NCBI GenBank assembly: GCA_041288095.1 | Contig: JBGGMJ010000151.1 | Location: 1-25,335, forward strand | Origin: Myxococcota bacterium | GTDB lineage: Bacteria; Myxococcota; XYA12-FULL-58-9; JALHOP01 | DNA: 25,335 bases | Reading direction: 5' to 3' | Shown: piece by piece, positions 16,508 through 23,392 of the stretch | How the letters are laid out: the number at the start of each line of letters is the position of its first letter | Numbering within the stretch: position 1 is the stretch's first letter | Program-made: the position numbers and the translations under genes | The notes under the pieces: model-generated | Databases searched by the model: none | What the model was told of the DNA's origin: nothing | Seen by the model: only the letters and a program-made list of their open reading frames with translations

Positions 16508-17145
16508 TCGACGCGCGCCTCCGTCGGAGTCCAAATCTCGGCATCACCGAGTGTCTCGGTCGCATGCACCACGTCGTGACAGCCGGCGGCCACGCACGAC
16601 GTCGACCCAGCACGAAGCGCGGCAAAGCCTCCGTCATCGACCTTCGCGTGTGCCTTCACCTTGAGGAACGCTCGGGTTCCATCGTGACAGTGAAGGCAGT
16701 TGGCGTTGGCGTAAGGGGCGTAGAGCTTAGGGTGCTCCGGAATGGTTCCGAGATAGTGGACGAGGACGTGACGAAAGCCGTTGAGCTTCGCCTTGAAGCC
16801 ACCGAACATCGCGTAGTCGGTGTGGCAGGTGTAACAAGCGCGGTCCCGCGGTACGAGGCCACGCTGCACGTGCGTCGCCGCGAGATACTCCGAATCATCC
16901 ACTGTGAGGCTGCGCGCGAAAGGCTCCATCTCGTGACATTGGCTGGTGCAGAACTCGGTACGCTGCGATCGCTCGATGCCACTCGCGACGCCAACCACAG
17001 CGGCGCTCGCCGGCAACAAGATCGCGCACAAGAGCAGCAACAGTGGTCCGCCGGTCGCGGCCCGCAGCTGCTCGTAGCGTGCAAACACCAGCACCAAGCC
17101 GGTGAGCGCGAGTCCCACCACGATCCAAGCGAGCCAGTCGAGCAT
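16504..17145 (-). CDS. NapC/NirT/NrfH-family membrane tetraheme quinol dehydrogenase
   Basis: Two N-terminal TM helices; EFCTSQCHEM, CYTCH, AKLNGFRHV, NCLHCH and CVAAGCH. Confidence 0.85.
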   Translation of the reverse strand: MLDWLAWIVVGLALTGLVLVFARYEQLRAATGGPLLLLLCAILLPASAAVVGVASGIERSQRTEFCTSQCHEMEPFARSLTVDDSEYLAATHVQRGLVPRDRACYTCHTDYAMFGGFKAKLNGFRHVLVHYLGTIPEHPKLYAPYANANCLHCHDGTRAFLKVKAHAKVDDGGFAALRAGSTSCVAAGCHDVVHATETLGDAEIWTPTEARVE

Positions 17146-17151
17146 CTGCTG

Positions 17152-17505
17152 TCACTTCAACGAAGCGAGCCAGGCGACGAGCTTCTTCAGATCGTCATCC
17201 GAGCCCTGATACTTCTTCTTGTGCTTCTTGCCGTTGAGCTCGGCCTGCTTGGTGATGAACTTCTCGATGGTGGCCGCGTCGTGTTTGGCGCCGACCTTCG
17301 ATAAGTCGCCCGCGTCACCGTCGCTCTTGATGCCTTGCTCGGTGACCGAGTGACATTGAGGGCAGCCAGCGGCGACGAAGACCGCTTTCCCAGGTGGATC
17401 GTCTGCGTAGGCCGCGCGCGACGCGAACATCACACCGAGCAGGCAGGCACCCATTAGGATGGAGCGCGCGAACGACCCAGTCCGCGAAAAAGCACACATC
17501 ATCAT
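17152..17505 (-). CDS. Periplasmic monoheme cytochrome c, Lys-rich
   Basis: GGAGGG RBS before ATG-ATG-ATG (start could be 17505, 17502 or 17499), signal peptide ending AYA, GKAVF..CPQCH, GDLSKVG and LVAWLASLK. Confidence 0.85.
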   Translation of the reverse strand: MMMCAFSRTGSFARSILMGACLLGVMFASRAAYADDPPGKAVFVAAGCPQCHSVTEQGIKSDGDAGDLSKVGAKHDAATIEKFITKQAELNGKKHKKKYQGSDDDLKKLVAWLASLK

Positions 17506-17553
17506 CGCCCTCCGGCGAGGCAGAAGATGGGGCCGATGTGCACTCTTGTCGAG

Positions 17554-17585
17554 CGAAAGTTTTTCGCGCGTCCGCAAAATTTGCG
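17554..17585. promoter_or_regulatory. Two palindromic putative transcription-factor sites upstream of the cytochrome operon
   Basis: cgaaa-gtt-tttcg (17554-17566) and cgcaa-aat-ttgcg (17573-17585), matching the motif found upstream of both sigma54 promoters. Confidence 0.55.
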
Positions 17586-17609
17586 GCGACAGGTAATCCG
17601 CTACAGCGG

Positions 17610-18038
17610 TCAAGTCGACATCAGAAGCCGCACGAGCAAGCGCACCATGTCGGATTCGGTGACTATCCCGACAAGCACGCCGTCATCGACGACCGGCAGA
17701 CAGCCAATGCCGGCCTCGAGCATCAGTGTCGCCGCGTCGCGCGCCAGCATGTCGCGAGTCGCCGTACGCACGCTGGTCTGCATCAAAGTACGCGCCGGAA
17801 GGCGATGCTCGAGCGCGACGGTCTCGCGCGCCGATAGGTGCAGCGTCGAGCTAGGACGCGCAGCCAGAATGTCACGATGGCTCACCAGACCCACGAGCTT
17901 GCCATGCTCGACGACCGGCAGGTGGCGGATGTGCTTGAGCGCCACGATGGCGGAGGCAGTCGCGAGGTCATCGTCCGGCCCGAGACTGACGACGGGGCTG
18001 CTCATGAGATCGGCGACGCGGGTCTCGGCGATGTCCAT
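17610..18038 (-). CDS. CBS-domain pair protein
   Basis: VADLMSSPVV, IRHLPVV..LVGLVSHRD and IGCLPVV..LVGIVTESD. Start at ATG 18038. Confidence 0.88.
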   Translation of the reverse strand: MDIAETRVADLMSSPVVSLGPDDDLATASAIVALKHIRHLPVVEHGKLVGLVSHRDILAARPSSTLHLSARETVALEHRLPARTLMQTSVRTATRDMLARDAATLMLEAGIGCLPVVDDGVLVGIVTESDMVRLLVRLLMST

Positions 18039-18083
18039 GAGGAAACCCTTGCCAGACGCGCGGGCTTGCGCAAAGGCGTTGGC

Positions 18084-18644
18084 ATGAGCGTCGACGTCCC
18101 CGCGTTGCAGAAATTGGTCGCGACCATCGCTAGCGGGCTGGGCACGGTGGCGAGCACACCCACTCGCGAGAGCACCGCCGCCGCCTTGCAAGAGGCGCTG
18201 GCCGCGCTCGAGGTGCTGGTGACGACGTTGCGCGACGGCGAGCTGTTGCGTCGGAGCGGCGAGCTCCCGACCATCGAAAAGCTCGAGCACCAATATGGCC
18301 GCGCGCTCGCGCGTATCATCGCCGCGCTCGGTGGGCTCCCCGTCCTTGCCGACGAGCGCAGCGCGACGCTCGCGCGCTTGCTCGTCGAAGACGCAGGCGC
18401 GCGCGCCGCACTCCTCTCGCTCGATCCCAAGCGCGACGCCGAGCTCTTCGAGACGCTCTACGATCTCTTCGTGCCCAGCCGCGCAGCCAGGAGCGCCGCG
18501 GCGCGACCCGCATACGTGATAGCGGCCGTCACTCCACCGCCGCCCGCGAGCGAGCCCGATGAGCCGGATCCCGACCTTGCACCTGAGCACCATGTGAGCG
18601 GCGTGCAGCGCGTCAGGCCGGGCGCCAAGCCACGCAAGCGCTAG
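18084..18644 (+). CDS. Hypothetical alpha-helical protein with a Pro-rich and basic tail
   Basis: Fills the gap divergent from the CBS gene with genome-like codon usage; no recognisable motif. Confidence 0.55.
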   Translation: MSVDVPALQKLVATIASGLGTVASTPTRESTAAALQEALAALEVLVTTLRDGELLRRSGELPTIEKLEHQYGRALARIIAALGGLPVLADERSATLARLLVEDAGARAALLSLDPKRDAELFETLYDLFVPSRAARSAAARPAYVIAAVTPPPPASEPDEPDPDLAPEHHVSGVQRVRPGAKPRKR

Positions 18645-18659
18645 TCCGTCGCGCACCAG

Positions 18660-18702
18660 CGCAAGAATTGCGACGCGGTAACGTCCAGGCGCGAAATGTG
18701 CG
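18660..18702 (+). promoter_or_regulatory. Paired upstream activator sites for a sigma54 enhancer-binding protein
   Basis: cgcaa-gaa-ttgcg (18660-18672) and cgcga-aat-gtgcg (18690-18702), starting 88 and 58 bp before the -24 GG. Confidence 0.6.
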
Positions 18703-18746
18703 CGGCCCTGACGCCAAGAAGATGCTGACGCGCGGGCTCCAGCCGT

Positions 18747-18762
18747 CGGCATCGCTATTGCA
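18747..18762 (+). promoter_or_regulatory. sigma54 (RpoN) -24/-12 promoter of the CBS-ackA-xfp unit
   Basis: cGGcatcgctattGCa: GG-N10-GC with TTGCA, 38 bp before ATG 18801, which has an AGGAG RBS. Confidence 0.7.
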
Positions 18763-18800
18763 AACGTTGGTGATCGCTTCACAGCAACAGGAGACCATCA

Positions 18801-19211
18801 ATGAGCAAGCCCGTCCCACAGATCCGCAAGTACATGACCACCACCCCCATCACGATGGGCGCCGAGCAAACGCTCGCCACCGCGTCCGCGAAGATGACCG
18901 AGCATCGTGTCCGACATCTACCCGTGCTCAAGGGCGGCAAGCTCGTGGGCATCATCTCCGACCGCGACGTCCGCCTGGCGGAGAGCTTCCAAGGCGTCGA
19001 TCCGAAGGTCGAGCCGCTCGACTTCGTCATGACCAACGACGTGTACACGGTAGGCCCGGAGACCCCGCTCGATGAGGTCGTCGGTCACATGGCTGAGACG
19101 AAGGTCGGCTCCGCGATCGTCGTCGATGCCGGCCACGTGGTTGGCGTGTTCACGACGACGGATGCATGCCGCGCGCTCGCCGAGCTATTGGAGACGCGCT
19201 TGCGCAAGTGA
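18801..19211 (+). CDS. CBS-domain pair protein
   Basis: YMTTTPIT, VRHLPVL..LVGIISDRD and VGSAIVV..VVGVFTTTD. Confidence 0.9.
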   Translation: MSKPVPQIRKYMTTTPITMGAEQTLATASAKMTEHRVRHLPVLKGGKLVGIISDRDVRLAESFQGVDPKVEPLDFVMTNDVYTVGPETPLDEVVGHMAETKVGSAIVVDAGHVVGVFTTTDACRALAELLETRLRK

Positions 19212-19271
19212 GCAGCCGTTACCGGCTACCGTATTGGCCGCGGGGTGCTCATCATGCGATGCGGTCTCGTC

Positions 19272-20462
19272 ATGCGCATCCTCGTCGTCAATACGGGCAG
19301 CTCGTCGGTGCAGCTGCAGCTCGTGGTCACGGGCGCAGCCCACGCAAGCGCGGATGACGCCAAGGTCGAGCTCGCGGCGAAGGTCGAGTCGTTGAAAGGC
19401 GACGCGCACCTCGTCGTCGACGGCAAGCGCCGACCGGCGAAGGCAAGGCAACACGCGGAGGGCGCGCGGGAGATTCTCGACACGCTGGGAGAATCCCTGC
19501 GCGAGGTTCACGCCGTCGTTCATCGGCTCGTCCATGGCGGTGCCCGCTATCGCGAGCCCGTGCGCATCGACGAAGAGGTCATGGCTGCGATCCGCGACCT
19601 CGAGACGCTCGCTCCCCTGCATAACAGGGTAGCGCGCGAGGTCATCGAGGCGCTGCGCGAGCGTTTGCCCGACGTGCCTCACGTCGCGGTGTTCGACACC
19701 TCATTTCATGCCCGGCTACCCGAGCAGGCGTTCACGTACGCCATCGCACCGGAGCTCGCGCGCGCCTACGGCATTCGCCGCTACGGGTTTCACGGCACCG
19801 CCTACCGGTACATGGCGAACCGCTACGCCGATATCCGCGAAAACGGATCATCCCGACCCGCGAAGGTGGTGGCGGTGCACCTCGGAGGCGGTTGCTCGGT
19901 CGCGGCCATCGATGGCGATCACTCGGTCGAGACGTCGATGGGGATGACGCCACTCGAAGGCCTGGTTATGGGAACCCGCGCCGGCGACATCGATCCCGGC
20001 ATCATCGAGCTACTGGCAACGCGCGAGAACAAGTCGGCGGCCGAGGTCGTCGATCTGTTGAACCGCGCCGGTGGCCTCAAGGCGCTGTCGGGACTGACCG
20101 AAGATACGCGCGTGCTCGTCGAAGAGATGGCGACCAACCCCCGCGCCGCGCTTGCTCTCGAAGTGTTTTGCCATCGCATCGTCAAGTACGTCGGCGCCTA
20201 CCTCGCGGTGCTCGACGGCGCCGAAGCCCTCTTGCTGGGCGGCGTCATCAACGAGAACACGCCGTGGGTTCGCGAGCGTGTCTGCCGACAGTTCGCGTGG
20301 TGCGGGCTCGAGCTCGACGCCGGGCGCAACGCCGACACCATCGACCGCGAAGGCCGCATCAGCACCGACACCTCACGCCTCCACGCCTGGGTGATTCCGG
20401 CAAGAGAAGATCTCCAACTTGCCTTCGAGGCCGCGTGCCTCATCGAAGGCACGAGGACCTGA
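19272..20462 (+). CDS. ackA: Acetate kinase
   Basis: [48 protein letters not shown] and GTRAGDIDP. Confidence 0.92.
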   Translation: MRILVVNTGSSSVQLQLVVTGAAHASADDAKVELAAKVESLKGDAHLVVDGKRRPAKARQHAEGAREILDTLGESLREVHAVVHRLVHGGARYREPVRIDEEVMAAIRDLETLAPLHNRVAREVIEALRERLPDVPHVAVFDTSFHARLPEQAFTYAIAPELARAYGIRRYGFHGTAYRYMANRYADIRENGSSRPAKVVAVHLGGGCSVAAIDGDHSVETSMGMTPLEGLVMGTRAGDIDPGIIELLATRENKSAAEVVDLLNRAGGLKALSGLTEDTRVLVEEMATNPRAALALEVFCHRIVKYVGAYLAVLDGAEALLLGGVINENTPWVRERVCRQFAWCGLELDAGRNADTIDREGRISTDTSRLHAWVIPAREDLQLAFEAACLIEGTRT

Positions 20463-20464
20463 CG

Positions 20465-22831
20465 ATGGAACGGATCCTGAGCAGCGAAGAGCTACGCCGT
20501 ATCGATGCCTATTGGCGGGCTTGCAACTACCTGTCCGCGGGCATGATCTACCTGCGAGACAATCCGCTATTACGGAAGCCACTCGCGGCGGAGCACATCA
20601 AGCGCCGCTTGTTGGGGCACTGGGGGTCCGACCCAGGCCAGTCGTTCATTTGGGTGCACCTGAACCGAGTGATCAAGAAGCATGATCTCGATATGATCTT
20701 CATCTCGGGTCCGGGTCATGGCGCGCCCGCCATGCTCGCGAACGCGTATCTCGAGGGCACCTACTCCGAGATCTATCCCGACTGCGGTGAGGACGAAGCG
20801 GGCCTCACACGCTTCTTCAAGCAGTTCTCGTTCCCGGGTGGCATCGGCAGCCATTGCACCCCCGAGACGCCGGGCTCGATCCATGAGGGCGGCGAGCTCG
20901 GGTACAGCCTGTCACACGCCTATGGTGCCGCTTTCGACAATCCCGAGCTCATCGTCGCGGCCGTCGTCGGCGACGGGGAAGCTGAAACCGGGCCGCTCGC
21001 CACCTCGTGGCATTCCAACAAGTTCTTGAACCCGATCCGCGATGGCGCGGTGCTGCCCATCTTGCACTTGAACGGCTACAAGATCGCGAACCCGACCATC
21101 TTGGCGCGCATCCCACACGAGGAGCTCGAGCAACTCTTTCGCGGCTACGGTTACACGCCGCACTTCGTCGAGGGTCACGAGCCGGAAGCCATGCATCAAA
21201 CCATGGCGGCGGTGCTCGAGCGCTGCGTCGCGGAGATTCGTGGCGCTCAGCGGCAAGCGCGCGGCTCCGGGCAAGCGACGCGACCCCGCTGGCCCATGAT
21301 CGTCCTGCGCTCGCCCAAAGGCTGGACGGGCCCGAAGGAAGTCGCCGGCCACCGCGTCGAGGACTACTGGCGCTCGCATCAAGTGCCGGTCGCCGATGCC
21401 GCGACCAACGCGAAAGGCTTGGCTGTCGTCGAACAATGGCTGCGCAGCTACCGGCCGGAAGAGCTCTTCGACGCCTCGGGCCGGCTCGCCGTGGAGCTTC
21501 GCGACCTAGCCCCCAAGGGAACGAGGCGGATGAGCGCCAATCCGCATGCGAACGGAGGGCTACTCCGCAAGCAGCTCGACCTTCCAGATTTTCGTGAGTG
21601 CGCTGTAGCGGTCAAGAAGCCGGGCCGAGAGCTCGCGTCACCGACGCAGGTGCTCGCTGGTTACTTGGGCGAAGTCATGCGCCGCAATATGACGAGCTTT
21701 CGCCTCTTCGGCCCCGACGAAACGGCATCGAACAAGCTCGACGGGGTTTACGCCGCCTCGAAGAAGACTTGGCTCGGGGACTATCTGCCCGAGGACGCGG
21801 ACGGTGGCGAGCTCGCGCCCGACGGCCGCGTGATGGAAATGCTCTCGGAGCATACGCTCGAAGGCTGGTTCGAGGGTTACGTCCTCACCGGCCGCCACGG
21901 GCTCTTCTCCACCTACGAAGCCTTCGTCCACGTCATCGACTCGATGTTCAACCAGCACGCCAAGTGGCTGGACAAAGCGCGGCAAGGCCTCGACTGGCGA
22001 GCGTCGATCTCGTCGGTGAATCTGCTGATCACCTCGCTCGTCTGGCGGCAGGACCACAACGGCTTCACCCATCAAGATCCAGGCTTCCTCGATCTCGTCA
22101 CCAACAAGAGTCCCGATGTCGTCCGCATCTATCTGCCGCCCGACGCGAACTGCTTGCTCTCGGTAGCGGACCACTGCTTGCGCTCGCGCGACTACGTCAA
22201 CGTCATCGTTTCCGACAAGCAGCCGCACTTGACGTTTCTCGAGATGGACGCCGCGGTGAAACACTGCACCAAGGGGATCGGCATCTGGGATTGGGCGAGC
22301 AACGACCAGGGCAATGAGCCGGACGTCGTCCTCGCGTGCGCCGGCGACATCGCCACGATGGAGACGCTGGCGGCCGCGGCGTTACTCCGGGAGAAGCTCC
22401 CGGAGCTCAAGGTGCGGTTGGTGAACGTCGTCGATCTCTTCCGCTTGATGCCCGAGAGCGAGCATCCGCATGGGTTGTCGGATCGCGACTTCGACTCGCT
22501 CTTCACGACCGACAAGCCGGTGATCTTCTGTTTCCATGGCTATCCCGCGCTGATTCACAAGCTCGCGTACAGGCGCCGCAACCACCAGAACATCCACGTT
22601 CGCGGCTACAAGGAGAAAGGCAACATCAACACGCCTTTCGAGCTCGCAATCATCAACCAGGTGGATCGCTTCAACCTCTGCATCGACGTGGTGAACCGCG
22701 TGCCGCACCTGGTGGAGCGCGGCGCGCATTTGAAGGAATGGCTCAAGAATCAGATCATCGACAGCCTCGAGCACGCGCATGCCGAAGGCATCGATCGTGA
22801 GGCGATCCGCGATTGGGGCTGGCCCGGGTAA
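20465..22831 (+). CDS. xfp: Xylulose-5-phosphate/fructose-6-phosphate phosphoketolase
   Basis: [39 protein letters not shown] (TPP binding), LSEH and [11 protein letters not shown]. Start at ATG 20465. Confidence 0.95.
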   Translation: MERILSSEELRRIDAYWRACNYLSAGMIYLRDNPLLRKPLAAEHIKRRLLGHWGSDPGQSFIWVHLNRVIKKHDLDMIFISGPGHGAPAMLANAYLEGTYSEIYPDCGEDEAGLTRFFKQFSFPGGIGSHCTPETPGSIHEGGELGYSLSHAYGAAFDNPELIVAAVVGDGEAETGPLATSWHSNKFLNPIRDGAVLPILHLNGYKIANPTILARIPHEELEQLFRGYGYTPHFVEGHEPEAMHQTMAAVLERCVAEIRGAQRQARGSGQATRPRWPMIVLRSPKGWTGPKEVAGHRVEDYWRSHQVPVADAATNAKGLAVVEQWLRSYRPEELFDASGRLAVELRDLAPKGTRRMSANPHANGGLLRKQLDLPDFRECAVAVKKPGRELASPTQVLAGYLGEVMRRNMTSFRLFGPDETASNKLDGVYAASKKTWLGDYLPEDADGGELAPDGRVMEMLSEHTLEGWFEGYVLTGRHGLFSTYEAFVHVIDSMFNQHAKWLDKARQGLDWRASISSVNLLITSLVWRQDHNGFTHQDPGFLDLVTNKSPDVVRIYLPPDANCLLSVADHCLRSRDYVNVIVSDKQPHLTFLEMDAAVKHCTKGIGIWDWASNDQGNEPDVVLACAGDIATMETLAAAALLREKLPELKVRLVNVVDLFRLMPESEHPHGLSDRDFDSLFTTDKPVIFCFHGYPALIHKLAYRRRNHQNIHVRGYKEKGNINTPFELAIINQVDRFNLCIDVVNRVPHLVERGAHLKEWLKNQIIDSLEHAHAEGIDREAIRDWGWPG

Positions 22832-22842
22832 GCGCCGACTCG

Positions 22843-22886
22843 CGAAATTTCTGCGGAGGAAGATTGCCTCGCCCGCAATTGCTGCG
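22843..22886 (+). promoter_or_regulatory. Paired upstream activator sites for a sigma54 enhancer-binding protein
   Basis: cgaaa-ttt-ctgcg (22843-22855) and cgcaa-ttg-ctgcg (22874-22886), starting 89 and 58 bp before the -24 GG. Confidence 0.6.
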
Positions 22887-22930
22887 CGTCAGCGAGCGCA
22901 TCGGTGCGCGATTTCACGGCTCCGGCGACT

Positions 22931-22946
22931 GGGAACGGCATTTGCA
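22931..22946 (+). promoter_or_regulatory. sigma54 (RpoN) -24/-12 promoter of the osmC-acyl-CoA ligase unit
   Basis: gGGaacggcatttGCa: GG-N10-GC with TTGCA, 35 bp before ATG 22982, which has an AGGAGG RBS. Confidence 0.68.
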
Positions 22947-22981
22947 ACTGGAGGGTCACGAAGCACACGCAGGAGGACCCC

Positions 22982-23392
22982 ATGGCGCACACATACGAAA
23001 TCCCCATCGAGCTCGTCAGTCAGCAACGCATCGACGCGACCGTCCACGGCCATTTGATCCGCACGGACCAACCGATCGGCCGCGGCGGCCACGATGCCGC
23101 ACCGTCGCCGTTCGACCTGTTTCTCGCGAGCATCGGCACATGCGCGGGACTCAGCATCCAAACCTTTTGCGTCAAGCGCGACATTCCCTTCCAGGGGATC
23201 GGCATCATCGAGGAGATCGCTCTGGACGACCATGGTGTTCTGACCGGCGTGGAAGTGCGCATCACGCTCCCGGAGGGCTTCCCGCCCCGCTACGTAACGG
23301 CGCTGCACAAGGTCGTCGCGCAATGCGCCGTCGCGCGCTCGGTGCTCGCGCGCCCCAACTTCACGGTCACCACGCACAAGAGTGACGCATGA
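22982..23392 (+). CDS. OsmC/Ohr-family protein
   Basis: IRTDQP..GG..APSPFDLFLASIGTCAG and a second Cys in QCAV. Confidence 0.88.
   Translation: MAHTYEIPIELVSQQRIDATVHGHLIRTDQPIGRGGHDAAPSPFDLFLASIGTCAGLSIQTFCVKRDIPFQGIGIIEEIALDDHGVLTGVEVRITLPEGFPPRYVTALHKVVAQCAVARSVLARPNFTVTTHKSDA

Noticed and set aside
17519..17535. Possible minus-strand sigma54 box for the cytochrome operon (GGccccatcttctGC)
   Set aside because: The GG-GC spacing is 11 rather than the strictly required 10.
18039..18782. Long N-terminal extension of the minus-strand CBS ORF
   Set aside because: It is antisense to 18084-18644 and crosses a promoter region; the CBS domain begins at 18038.
19892..20464. 191-aa N-terminal extension of phosphoketolase in the ORF track
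   Set aside because: It overlaps ackA out of frame and is Arg-rich nonsense; family similarity starts at ATG 20465.
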